Shown: positions 45,171 to 53,800, numbered from the stretch's first letter. The stretch: DNA of 64,000 nt from an uncultured Candidatus Saccharibacteria bacterium (GCA_964550035.1 CAZJVU010000001.1:83990-147989), one strand, 5' to 3'. Numbers and translations: made by a program. Notes: generated by a model from the sequence alone, not told the origin.

Positions 45171-45808
45171 CCATCGACCAAGCAACGCAGATACTCTGGG
45201 ACTATCACCATATGCATCACGAGCTCAAGCCAGCAGACTGCTTGTTCGTGCTGGGCAATAGCGATATCCGCACCGCTGATCGCGCGGTTGAATTGTACGA
45301 TCAAGGTCTCGCGCCGCTGGTGCTGGTGACCGGAGGTGCCGGACGGTTTACGAAAGATATGTTTACCGAGAGTGAAGCATCGGTCTTTGCCAAGCGCATG
45401 GTCTCAAAGGGTGTGCCGGCGCGCGTCATCCTCCAAGAGGATCGGTCGACAAACACGGGTGATAACTTCGTGATGGGTATGCGTCGGCTCGCGGAGATGG
45501 GCTACATGGCGCAGTCGCTCATCGTGGTGACCAAGCCGTATATGGAGCGCCGGGCATACGCCACAGGCATGAAGCAGCTTGCTGGTGTGACGATGCAAAT
45601 GGCTTCGCCAGAGATTAGCTGGGAAGATTATCCGACGGACGAACTTCCTCGCGATAAAGTTATCAACATTATGGTTGGCGATCTCCAGCGTATTATCGAG
45701 TATCCCAAGCTTGGCTTCCAGATTGAGCAAGACGTTCCAACCGAAGCTCGAGCCGCGATGGAATATCTAATCGCGCAAGGGTACGACCAGTCGCTTATCA
45801 AAGAATAG
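45167..45808 (+). CDS. YdcF/DUF218 family protein
   Basis: ADCLFVLGNSD..RA.ELY..GLAPLVLVTGG. Confidence 0.7.
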   Translation: MTIDQATQILWDYHHMHHELKPADCLFVLGNSDIRTADRAVELYDQGLAPLVLVTGGAGRFTKDMFTESEASVFAKRMVSKGVPARVILQEDRSTNTGDNFVMGMRRLAEMGYMAQSLIVVTKPYMERRAYATGMKQLAGVTMQMASPEISWEDYPTDELPRDKVINIMVGDLQRIIEYPKLGFQIEQDVPTEARAAMEYLIAQGYDQSLIKE

Positions 45809-45838
45809 CCCCGGGGAGTTGCTGCGCCCTGGGAACCC

Positions 45839-45871
45839 GCCCTGTGCCCGACATTTCGCCAGGCACAGGGC
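45839..45871. terminator. GC-rich hairpin between convergent genes
   Basis: GCCCTGTGCC/GGCACAGGGC. Confidence 0.55.
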
Positions 45872-45875
45872 AGGA

Positions 45876-46136
45876 TTAGTCTGCTTGTGAGGGGGAGATG
45901 ACGACGGTGCCGGTCTGGTCTGTGGGCTCGACGGTGTGGTCGAGCTCGAGGATTGCGGCCACTACTTCGTCGAGTAGTTCGAAGTCGTCGCAATGAAATC
46001 GCAACCCCTTACCCGACCGCTTGAGTTCCCACGGAGAGTCGCCCCTACGGTAGACGTTCAACTCCACGTAGGTCTCAAGCCCAATGAATCGCAGCCCCAA
46101 CTGTATGTAGTCGAGTGCCGCGGCAGCAGAGTCCAT
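45876..46136 (-). CDS. hypothetical 86-aa protein (high-GC3 unit 11)
   Basis: AGAGGAG SD. C-terminal C.D...L.E.V....D.H.VE......V.I.P pattern shared with 46257..46547. Confidence 0.55.
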   Translation of the reverse strand: MDSAAAALDYIQLGLRFIGLETYVELNVYRRGDSPWELKRSGKGLRFHCDDFELLDEVVAAILELDHTVEPTDQTGTVVISPSQAD

Positions 46137-46218
46137 ACTCGCTCCTCTATCGTAGACGCAGCAGGTCTTACTGTAGAGCGCGTGAAGTCTCAGGGGTAGC
46201 GAATTTACGCAATAAGTT

Positions 46219-46257
46219 CAGGGGGGTGCTACAGCCCCTGGTCGGGCCCCGCGGGGC
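46219..46257 (-). terminator. GC-rich hairpins overlapping the stop of 46257..46547
   Basis: CAGGGG..CCCCTG and GCCCCGCGGGGC. Confidence 0.5.
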
Positions 46258-46547
46258 TACTTGAATGTGGGGGTGATCAGTACTTTCTGGTTGTTGACGC
46301 GTTCCACGGAGTGGCCGTCAGCTTCGACGAGCTGTACGAATTCACGCAGCACGTCCACGTCGATGCACACTGCCACCACCTTGCCGGTGGGCTTGGGCCT
46401 GCGCGACCAGCGGTGCTTCTTGAGCTTCTCTCTGGACAGAGACCACATCAGAGGGTCCGTGGCCTCAAAGGCACCACCTGCCTTCAAGGTGGGAAGAGCA
46501 TTTGTGAGGTTGTCCATCATGAATTGAGCGTGATCGTGGTGGGGCAT
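46257..46547 (-). CDS. hypothetical 96-aa protein (high-GC3 unit 12)
   Basis: TAAGGAC SD with TGGTATAGT extended -10 upstream on the minus strand. Confidence 0.55.
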   Translation of the reverse strand: MPHHDHAQFMMDNLTNALPTLKAGGAFEATDPLMWSLSREKLKKHRWSRRPKPTGKVVAVCIDVDVLREFVQLVEADGHSVERVNNQKVLITPTFK

Positions 46548-46607
46548 CGCAGTCCTTACCGGGCTGTAGCTTGTATACTATACCATCTATGTGTGGACTC
46601 AGCTATG

Positions 46608-47096
46608 TCAGTCGATGCTTGCGATGGTCAGTTCTTGCTTATTGGGGAGTGTAACGCTCTCGCCAACCTGTTTGTCGAGGAGTGAAGCGCCCAGCGGTGA
46701 CTGGCAACTGATGACCATGTGCTCGTCGATGAATTCACCGAGGCGGAATGTCCAGTGGCCAGCGAGGAAGTAGTGATGGTGCGACCGCTTGGCTTTGTTC
46801 TCGAGTTTGACGCGCGAACCAATGCTGACCTTGTCGGTCTGTGCGGTAGGGACGGAGGGCGAAGATTTACTGAGCGTCTCTTTGAGTGTCTGAAGTTCGG
46901 CCACAAGGACGGCTTGTTTTTCGCGGAGTGCATCGAATGGGGCATTGTCGTGCCAGGTTTCGGATGTTTGGTTGAGTGCCTCGTGGAAAGCTGGCCCGAG
47001 GTTCAGAATCTCGCGTTCAATAGCAGCAATTCTCGTACGGGCGAGGGTCTTATCTTCCTCGAGGATGTAGTAGGTTTGTGCAGTATTTTGGGTCAT
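46608..47096 (-). CDS. greA: transcription elongation factor GreA
   Basis: N-terminal coiled-coil with ..ETWHDNAPFDALREKQ.. and C-terminal ISCQSPLGASLLDKQVGESV. Confidence 0.88.
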   Translation of the reverse strand: MTQNTAQTYYILEEDKTLARTRIAAIEREILNLGPAFHEALNQTSETWHDNAPFDALREKQAVLVAELQTLKETLSKSSPSVPTAQTDKVSIGSRVKLENKAKRSHHHYFLAGHWTFRLGEFIDEHMVISCQSPLGASLLDKQVGESVTLPNKQELTIASID

Positions 47097-47254
47097 TGGA
47101 CCACTTATTATAGTGGGCGAATGTGAAAAATCAAGTCATGGCGGTCCTCCATCCTGTATACTTTCTCAGCCTCGCTTCATGAAGAGCATCTACTATGACG
47201 CATGGTGTCCAGGCGCCGGACACAAGAAACTAATGCAACATAAGAGGAGGCACT

Positions 47255-47710
47255 ATGCGTATACCAAAACGCTTGATCATACCTGGTGCTGTCGTGGCAG
47301 CAGGGATCAGCGGACTCGTCGGGGTCAGCGCGGTGAATGCCGCGAGCGCCAACACCGGCCAAGACGGCTTGGTTGATAAAATAGCGAACACTTTTCACCT
47401 CAACAAAGCTGATGTTCAGAAAGTTTTTGACCAAAATCACCAGGACAGAGAGAAAGAGCACCAGCAGAAGTACGAGGCAAAGGTCAAGCAAGCAGTAACC
47501 GATGGCAAGATCACGCAGGATCTGGCCGATCAGCTGATCGCCAAGCAGAAAGAGCTTGCGACGTACCGCGACTCGCTGAAGGACAAGAAGCCTGGCGAGC
47601 GAATGGGCGCGGTGAAGACTAAGATGGATGAGTTTGTGAAATGGGCAGAAGCAAACAATATCGCCAAAGATCTGTGGCCAATGGGTCCACGAATTGACGC
47701 ACAAGAGTAA
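47255..47710 (+). CDS. secreted helical protein of unknown function
   Basis: AGGAGG SD, signal peptide, then a K/E/Q/D-rich region. Confidence 0.6.
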   Translation: MRIPKRLIIPGAVVAAGISGLVGVSAVNAASANTGQDGLVDKIANTFHLNKADVQKVFDQNHQDREKEHQQKYEAKVKQAVTDGKITQDLADQLIAKQKELATYRDSLKDKKPGERMGAVKTKMDEFVKWAEANNIAKDLWPMGPRIDAQE

Positions 47711-47732
47711 ACAACGTGGAGGTTAGGTTTCG

Positions 47733-47760
47733 CCGCCGCTCCGAAAGGAGTGGCGGTTTT
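47733..47760 (+). terminator. intrinsic terminator
   Basis: CCGCCGCTCC GAAA GGAGTGGCGG plus TTTT. Confidence 0.7.
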
Positions 47761-48142
47761 AGTGGCCGCGGCGGACGAATTTGAGAGCGCTCCAGGTGTC
47801 ATCGATGGAGCACACTTTCACGTCGACCCAATCATACGGCAAGATGATGTCGCGGAGGTCTTGCTCGGAAATGTCACTGTGAACGCCGCTGGCTTTCTTG
47901 GGCCAGCTGATCCAGAGGCCTTTTTGGATTTCATTGAACTTAAGATGCTGCATAAAATGTTCGGTCTGTTCGCGGCGAGTCATGAACATGTGCAGCCACT
48001 CGCTCGGCAGCTTGGCATGGGTATGGACGCCATTGCCGCGAAGGTATTCCAGGAACCATTCGGGTGCGTCGACCGTATCGACTGCGTCACCTTCCTGGTA
48101 GCCCAGCTTGTCGATGAGATGTTTGGGGTTATCTTCATGCAT
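47759..48142 (-). CDS. DUF3052-like protein
   Basis: GLWISWPKKASGVHSDISEQDLRD..VDVKVCSIDDTWSALKF resembles DUF3052. Confidence 0.5.
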   Translation of the reverse strand: MHEDNPKHLIDKLGYQEGDAVDTVDAPEWFLEYLRGNGVHTHAKLPSEWLHMFMTRREQTEHFMQHLKFNEIQKGLWISWPKKASGVHSDISEQDLRDIILPYDWVDVKVCSIDDTWSALKFVRRGH

Positions 48143-49182
48143 CAGATGAGCTCCGGTTCTTGTTCGAGTGTGATGCCGAAACGGTCGTGGACCTTATCGA
48201 CGATTTCTTGGCGGAATGCGGCGAGATCGTCATAGCCTTTGGCGGATTCGTTGATGAACACGAGTGCGTTTTTCTCGTAGATTTTCATACCGTGACTGCG
48301 ATAGCCCTTGAGGCCGGTGTGGTCGATGAGCCAGCCGGCGAGGAGCTTAATACGCCCGTCTTTCATCTCGTAGAAAGGCATATCGGGGTGCTCTTGCTGA
48401 AGGTGTGCGAGCGTTCCGCGCTGAACAATTGGATTCTTGAAGAACGACCCAGTGTTGGCCAAAATGTGCGGGTCGGGGAGTTTCTGTGCGCGGATTGCCA
48501 CAACGGCGCCACGAAGCGCCGCGGGTGAGTACTCGGTGACGTGGTGTTTATCTAGGTACGCCTGGAGCGCCTCGTAGAACGGTGGCTCGGGCGGTCGTTT
48601 GCTCAGACGGATGGTGATGCTGGTGATGACGTAGTGGCGGTCCTTGGGCGATTTGAAAATGCTGTCGCGATACGTGAAATTGCATTCGTCGCTTTTGAGC
48701 GTGACGAATGATTTCGTGCGAGTGTCATACGCCTCGAGTTCGAGCAGTACATCGGCTATCTCGGCGCCATATGCACCAACATTTTGCACAGGCGTTGCGC
48801 CAACGGTTCCAGGAATGGCCGAGAGCTTCTCGATGCCGCTGAGCCCTCGGGCGACGGACTGGGCCACGATGTCGTCCCAGATTTCGCCAGCGCCGATACG
48901 CATAACAACTGACTCGTTGTCCTCGCTCACAACTTCAAATCCGTGAAGCGCATTGATAATAACCAGCCCGTGATAGCCGTTGCTAAAGATGATATTACTG
49001 CCCCCGCCAAGCATCAGCGTTGGCTTGCCGTGTTGTTCGGCCCAGTCGAGTGCTTCCTTGAGATCTTCTTTGGATGAAACGGTTGTCAGTGCCTCGGCAA
49101 TACCACCCAGGCGCATGGTGGAATAATCTTTGAGCGGCACGTTGGTCTTGATCTGCATACTTTTATCATTATAGCGCGCCAA
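48142..49182 (-). CDS. murB: UDP-N-acetylenolpyruvoylglucosamine reductase
   Basis: YSTMRLGG, LGGGSNI FAD-binding motifs and GSFFKNP. Confidence 0.92.
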   Translation of the reverse strand: MARYNDKSMQIKTNVPLKDYSTMRLGGIAEALTTVSSKEDLKEALDWAEQHGKPTLMLGGGSNIIFSNGYHGLVIINALHGFEVVSEDNESVVMRIGAGEIWDDIVAQSVARGLSGIEKLSAIPGTVGATPVQNVGAYGAEIADVLLELEAYDTRTKSFVTLKSDECNFTYRDSIFKSPKDRHYVITSITIRLSKRPPEPPFYEALQAYLDKHHVTEYSPAALRGAVVAIRAQKLPDPHILANTGSFFKNPIVQRGTLAHLQQEHPDMPFYEMKDGRIKLLAGWLIDHTGLKGYRSHGMKIYEKNALVFINESAKGYDDLAAFRQEIVDKVHDRFGITLEQEPELI

Positions 49183-49261
49183 GTAAAAAAGTAGACACTA
49201 TGTGTGGTGTATGGTAAAAAATACATTGTTCTGTCCGTTTTTTCTGACACAGGGAGCAACG

Positions 49262-49606
49262 ATGGAGTTCTTGGGTGGAACCATGCGCGAGCGAGAAGCC
49301 AGCCGGGAAATTTGGAGAGCATGGCGACAGGCCAATCGCGAGTCGCCGAAGCGAGTTTTCGCTGAGCGCTTTGTGCCGCTGATGGAAGCTCAAATCACCG
49401 CGCCGGCCAAATCCACAAAGTTCCATCTCTCCAGTGTGGCGGGGGAGATCAAGGAGCAGGTGGAGAAGAACGAGCTGGACGGCCGCGCGCTGCAGCCCAG
49501 CGAGCTCAGGGATGCCCTCCTGACACTGATAAAGTGCTGGCAGTACAGTGTGTCACTGCGCAACTGGGCGATCTCGCAGGGCTACATCACGGCCAGCGAC
49601 CGCTGA
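49262..49606 (+). CDS. hypothetical protein, triple-array paralogue 1 (high-GC3 unit 13)
   Basis: CAGGGAG SD. MEFLGG start and C-terminal NWAISQGYI. Confidence 0.6.
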   Translation: MEFLGGTMREREASREIWRAWRQANRESPKRVFAERFVPLMEAQITAPAKSTKFHLSSVAGEIKEQVEKNELDGRALQPSELRDALLTLIKCWQYSVSLRNWAISQGYITASDR

Positions 49607-49634
49607 CTGCGATTCACCGACGCGAAGGAGCGCT

Positions 49635-49967
49635 ATGAAGTTCCTGGGCAAGAACGTGGTTCAGCAGAATCGAAGTCGCATCCGGTGGGAGCGATGGATC
49701 GAGTCGGTCGGGCCACAATCGCGTAAGGCGAAGTTCGCTGTTCGGTTTGTCGAAGCAGCCGAAGGTTTCATCGCGGGGACATTTCCTTTGGCCCCTGTGG
49801 CCTGGAGCGCCGTGCAGATAGCGAACCGCGAGGCGCTGAACAACAATTCGCTGACCGACGCAGAGCTCGTGGATGTCATCCGGGCACTCAGGCCGGTCTG
49901 GAAATACGGCCAAGCGTTACATAAATGGGCCATCTCGCGTGGATACATCGTGGAGGGACAAGCATGA
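49635..49967 (+). CDS. hypothetical protein, triple-array paralogue 2
   Basis: GAAGGAG SD. MKFLGK.., W..W..SVGPQSRKAKFA.RFV and KWAISRGYI. Confidence 0.65.
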   Translation: MKFLGKNVVQQNRSRIRWERWIESVGPQSRKAKFAVRFVEAAEGFIAGTFPLAPVAWSAVQIANREALNNNSLTDAELVDVIRALRPVWKYGQALHKWAISRGYIVEGQA

Positions 49968-50284
49968 AGTTCGTTGGTGATACTCCGGCTCAGCGTGGGC
50001 GAAGCGGCGAAGCATGGGAGGGCTGGCTGCAGTCCGTGGGCCCGAAGTCTCGAAAGGCACGCTTCGCTCGGCGGCTCGTTCGGGAAATCGAGTCGCGCGT
50101 GCGGCGCCCCAATCCGCATGTTGCGCAGGTGGCCGCAGACGCCGTAGCCACAGCCACCAGGGTAACCCTCAAAGAGCGGGGGCTGACCAAGGAGGAGTTC
50201 CAAGAAGTCGTGCAAGCGCTGCTGGCCTCGTGGCACCATGGTCACTCGTTCCGAATCTGGGCAAGCAGGAACGGTCACATCTAG
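49964..50284 (+). CDS. hypothetical protein, triple-array paralogue 3
   Basis: GGAGGG SD and ATGA overlap. MKFVGD.., W.GW.QSVGPKSRKARFA.R.V and IWASRNGHI. Confidence 0.65.
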   Translation: MKFVGDTPAQRGRSGEAWEGWLQSVGPKSRKARFARRLVREIESRVRRPNPHVAQVAADAVATATRVTLKERGLTKEEFQEVVQALLASWHHGHSFRIWASRNGHI

Positions 50285-50310
50285 AAGGAAGATCGCCGAC
50301 AGACGCTCGT

Positions 50311-50348
50311 GTTGGGCCCGCGCCACTCAGTGGCGGCGCGGGCCCAAC
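50311..50348 (+). terminator. GC-rich hairpin
   Basis: GTTGGGCCCGCGCC / GGCGCGGGCCCAAC 14-bp stem. No U-tract. Confidence 0.6.
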
Positions 50349-50405
50349 AAAAACCCAACAGGGTACACGGTCTCATCCCCATCTGTTATAATGAGCAGTT
50401 GTTAC

Positions 50406-50482
50406 GCCCCCGTAGCTCAGCGGATTAGAGTAACTGGCTTCGAACCAGTTGGTCGCAAGTTCGAATCTTGCCGGGGGTACCA
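50406..50482 (+). tRNA. tRNA-Arg (anticodon TCG), CCA encoded
   Basis: GCCCCCG acceptor, anticodon loop CTTCGAA, T-loop TTCGAAT. Confidence 0.88.
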
Positions 50483-50522
50483 AGATTAAAGCCTCTGCCT
50501 TTAGGTAGGGGCTTTAATCTTG
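50481..50522 (+). terminator. hairpin starting in the CCA end of tRNA-Arg
   Basis: CAAGATTAAAGCC / GGCTTTAATCTTG. Shares GATTAAAGCC..GGCTTTAATC with the tRNA-His hairpin. Confidence 0.6.
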
Positions 50523-50661
50523 TTCTGAGTGGTTGAACTTGCGGCCGCGACAGCTTCAGCTGACGCAAGGTCGTAAGTTCGTTCGCAAAACTCACGCGCA
50601 GGAGTTTACTCCGAGCATGAGTGGAAGCGGGCGTCCATCTTGCCGAAGCTAGACTTTTACC

Positions 50662-51438
50662 TTACTTAGGCAACGGAATCAACATCCGCGTCTTCTCCTT
50701 GTACTCAGGCCACTCTGGTTTCGCCTCGGCTCGTCGCTCTGCAGGTGGCACGCCGGATACGAACCGAAGCAGCACAGTGATGATGACCGGGCCGATCAGC
50801 CCAAAAAGTCCCAAGCTCGTGCCCAGCGCGATAATACCAATACCCCACCACTGCGTCATCTCGCCAAAGTAATTCGGGTGACGCGAGCGATGCCATAGCC
50901 CACTCATCATGAGCTTGCCTTTGTTGGCGGGCTGGGCCAGAAACTGCCTGAGCTGACGGTCGGCGGTTGCCTCGATACCAAATCCCGCCAGCCACACCAA
51001 GCTCCCCACTAGCACTACCCACCACTGTGGCGCAGGCGAGTGAGCGATAACAATAACTGGCAGTGATATGAGCGATGCCAGCACGGCCTGTACCAGATAC
51101 ACACGTGTGTATACTTGCAGGCCCACGTACTCCTGCGACCACTTACGGCGGAGGTCAGTGTAGCGCGGATCTTCGGCCGTCGCCCGCCTGAACCGCTGAA
51201 AGATATGCCACGCCAGTCGCGTTCCCCAGATCGTCACGAGCCCAACCACGAGCCATGCTGCCCAACTCGTCGGAGCGGTTGACGCGACATTGATCAGTGC
51301 AATGATAATAAACGTCGGCCCCCATGCCGTATCAATGATATCGTAGCGTTTTTGGGTGTGCCCGTACACAAACACGACCGACATGAACACTGCTGCCCAG
51401 AGAATCGACAGGCCGAGCGCAACGGCTAGCTGGTCCAT
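50662..51438 (-). CDS. DUF1295 / steroid 5-alpha-reductase-like membrane protein
   Basis: GLWHRSRHPNYFGEMTQWWG motif. Multi-TM. Confidence 0.75.
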   Translation of the reverse strand: MDQLAVALGLSILWAAVFMSVVFVYGHTQKRYDIIDTAWGPTFIIIALINVASTAPTSWAAWLVVGLVTIWGTRLAWHIFQRFRRATAEDPRYTDLRRKWSQEYVGLQVYTRVYLVQAVLASLISLPVIVIAHSPAPQWWVVLVGSLVWLAGFGIEATADRQLRQFLAQPANKGKLMMSGLWHRSRHPNYFGEMTQWWGIGIIALGTSLGLFGLIGPVIITVLLRFVSGVPPAERRAEAKPEWPEYKEKTRMLIPLPK

Positions 51439-51830
51439 GCTTTGACGATCCAGTAGGCCACGAGTGATACGATTGCTGTCATCAAGGCACCCCAAGCCAT
51501 GTCGACGAGGGTGAGCTTGAGCGTGTAGTGCTTCAGCGTGGCGAGGTTGGTGAGATCATACGTGGCAAAGCCGACAAGCCCAAATAATGCGCCGTAGCCA
51601 ACCGCATGTTGCCACGAGCCTTTCTCGAGCGCCGGCGAAAGCACAAACACCACAACGCCAACGACATACAGAACATAAAAGGCCAAGGCGGGAAGCATGT
51701 TGGGCTTTTCGAGAAGCAGCGAGCCAAGCTGGCTGCGATAAAACTTCTGTGTCATGGTGGTAAGCCACACAAAGTCGAGCACGCCCATCAACGCACCGGT
51801 GATGACGAACCGGATAAGAAAATCTTGCAT
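51426..51830 (-). CDS. DUF2177 family membrane protein
   Basis: LDFVWL...Q.FY pattern and four TM helices. ATG lies 6 nt after TGCTAGAAT on the minus strand. Confidence 0.55.
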   Translation of the reverse strand: MQDFLIRFVITGALMGVLDFVWLTTMTQKFYRSQLGSLLLEKPNMLPALAFYVLYVVGVVVFVLSPALEKGSWQHAVGYGALFGLVGFATYDLTNLATLKHYTLKLTLVDMAWGALMTAIVSLVAYWIVKAWTS

Positions 51831-51870
51831 ATGTTTATTCTAGCATTTATCGAATGGGTATGTGGTTATC

Positions 51871-51899
51871 TTTACATCGATGCCAAAATATTTTAGAAT
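51871..51899 (+). promoter_or_regulatory. near-consensus promoter upstream of 51987..53669
   Basis: TTTACA, 17 nt, TAGAAT. Confidence 0.55.
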
Positions 51900-51916
51900 A
51901 CTCATGTTGTAGCAGC

Positions 51917-51938
51917 AGAGGCACCCAGCCTCTTTTTT
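51917..51938 (+). terminator. terminator-like hairpin inside the leader (possible attenuator or very short RNA)
   Basis: AGAGGC ACCCA GCCTCT followed by TTTTT, about 10-35 nt after the predicted start site. Confidence 0.4.
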
Positions 51939-51986
51939 GCTACATGCACCCCATATCCGTCTCGATCGATTCCTCAGGGAGAATCC

Positions 51987-53669
51987 GTGAGTCAGACAAC
52001 TGCGCTGCCCAGGCGGCGGCGCAAAAACCGTGGCAAGACGATCGTCGTCCTGCTGGTGGTGCTGGCGCTCGGCGCCGGAGCCATCTACTGGTTCGGCTTC
52101 CGCAAGCCCGAAGACGTCACCAAGGATGCGTACCACGACATCGGCAACGGTGTCAGCATCTCGCAGGGCGCGCCGGACAACGTCAAGGCCGAGCTGGACG
52201 ACAAGATCGCGAAGGCGCAGATCCCGCAGGTCGAGCAGACCGGCGCCGTCGTGCACATCACGCCGGACGGGCCGCTCGCCGCATCGGCCACGCTGCGATT
52301 CAAGCTCACCCACAAGGTCGACGACCCCCGGGACATCCTCCTGGCGGTCAACAAGACCGGCAAGGCCGAGGACTGGACGCTGGAGCGCCCGACCAAGGTC
52401 GACGGTGAGTACGCCTACTTCATCACCGACCACCTGTCGTGGTGGGAGCCGCTGTGGCAGAGCTTCACGAACCTGGTCAACGCGACCGGGGACGAACTGA
52501 AGCGACAGTGGAACGGCCTGACGAGCGACGCGTTCGCCGAAGCCGAACAGCCGAAGTGCCAGAACGAGCAGGAGGCCCGCGACAAGGGTTACTCCATCGG
52601 CTGGAAGGGCGCCGAGGTGCTGTACTGGTGCCTCGGCCTGGAGAACGGCAAGCCCGTGGTGCACATCGCCAACAAGCGGCGGTACCCGGTGTTCGTCAAC
52701 CACAAGGGCATCAGTGTCCCCGAGAAGCCTAAGTCGAAGCTCGGCTTGGAGATGCTCGGGCGGCAGTCCTTCAGTGACGACCGCACGGTGATGATGCCCT
52801 TCGATCAGCTCGGACTCAACTTCGATCTGGACAAGGGCGGGAGCAAGACCTTCTACACCGAGTACAACGGCTTCGCCGAGAGTCTGTACCAGCTGGAGTT
52901 CGGTGTCACCACGCTGATCAACATCCTCACGCGCTACGGTGCGGGAGGGGGCACGATCAGCAACGGTGCCATCAAGATCACCGAGTTCGACCGTGTCGCC
53001 GAGAAGATGGGCAAAGCTATCGAGCGCAAGGAGTGTCTCAACGCGCTCAGCACCGACAAGCCCGACTCGGGCGCCATCCTCAGCGGCTGTTTCAGCCCCG
53101 CTGCCATCGCCGACATGTTCGGCTGGAAGGGCGTGCTCGTGGCCGTGGTGATGGCCGCGGCGCCGATCGTGAACTTCTTCCGGAACTCGTTCGAAACCCT
53201 CGGCGACCTGCTCCAGGCCAAGGACCAGGAGATGGTGACGGTCAGCTTCAACCCGCCGGCGCCGGCGGCTGCGTTGTTCGTCGGCAAGTGGACCGTGCAC
53301 GGCGCGCAGATGACGATCAACAAGGACGGCACCGGCACCTACAGCTGGAATGCCGGTCCTTGCACCGACACGGCCGGCCAGGACCAGATGTGTCAGGGCA
53401 ACGCCTCGCTGCGTTTCACGGTCAACGGTGACACGATGACCGGCACGTACGTCAAGGTGTGGTTCGCGGCCGACGGCAAGCCGGCGCCCGCGGGCTTCGA
53501 CGGTGGGTACAACGGCCGCATGGAAGGCAAGACGTTCACCATGCGGCGCAATGACGAGCACACGCTGATCACCAGCAACGGCACCGGGGACCGACCCGGC
53601 AACCCGTACCTGTGCGACGACTACGCCGAGAACCACAACGACTCGACGTACACGCTGTGCGGCGCGTGA
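51987..53669 (+). CDS. N-terminally anchored exported protein of unknown function (high-GC3 unit 14)
   Basis: GTG start after AGGGAG. RRRRKNRGK plus a TM helix. Cys-rich C-terminal module. The opposite-strand 637-aa ORF is R/V/G/H-rich shadow. Confidence 0.7.
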   Translation: MSQTTALPRRRRKNRGKTIVVLLVVLALGAGAIYWFGFRKPEDVTKDAYHDIGNGVSISQGAPDNVKAELDDKIAKAQIPQVEQTGAVVHITPDGPLAASATLRFKLTHKVDDPRDILLAVNKTGKAEDWTLERPTKVDGEYAYFITDHLSWWEPLWQSFTNLVNATGDELKRQWNGLTSDAFAEAEQPKCQNEQEARDKGYSIGWKGAEVLYWCLGLENGKPVVHIANKRRYPVFVNHKGISVPEKPKSKLGLEMLGRQSFSDDRTVMMPFDQLGLNFDLDKGGSKTFYTEYNGFAESLYQLEFGVTTLINILTRYGAGGGTISNGAIKITEFDRVAEKMGKAIERKECLNALSTDKPDSGAILSGCFSPAAIADMFGWKGVLVAVVMAAAPIVNFFRNSFETLGDLLQAKDQEMVTVSFNPPAPAAALFVGKWTVHGAQMTINKDGTGTYSWNAGPCTDTAGQDQMCQGNASLRFTVNGDTMTGTYVKVWFAADGKPAPAGFDGGYNGRMEGKTFTMRRNDEHTLITSNGTGDRPGNPYLCDDYAENHNDSTYTLCGA

Positions 53670-53706
53670 GCTCAGGGGTGCAATAAGGTCACGGAAACGT
53701 AACCTG

Positions 53707-53747
53707 CGGTGGGCGGCGGCCGGAGAAATCCTGGCCCCGCCCACCGT
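53707..53747 (+). terminator. GC-rich hairpin
   Basis: CGGTGGGCGG / CCGCCCACCG outer stem. Confidence 0.55.
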
Positions 53748-53777
53748 GAACACAATGAAATAATTTCATGGGGGTTA

Positions 53778-53800
53778 CGGGGGAGCGCGTGGCTCCCCCG
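53778..53800 (-). terminator. GC-rich hairpin
   Basis: CGGGGGAGC GCGTG GCTCCCCCG. Confidence 0.55.

Noticed and set aside
42586-50348. Integron-like gene cassettes (hairpins as attC sites)
   Set aside because: No IntI-type integrase or attI in the window. The hairpins are simple perfect stems without recognisable R/L core sites, and the units are dispersed rather than arrayed.
50523-50661. Possible ncRNA in the 140-bp region after the tRNA-Arg hairpin
   Set aside because: Only short local stems (CTTGCG..CGCAAG, CAGCTG). No recognisable Rfam-like motif and no promoter.
51840-53753. 637-aa minus-strand ORF opposite the 560-aa exported protein
   Set aside because: A typical high-GC shadow ORF (R/V/G/H/L/A-rich, no SD). 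The plus frame has SD, TM anchor and G/C-ending codons.
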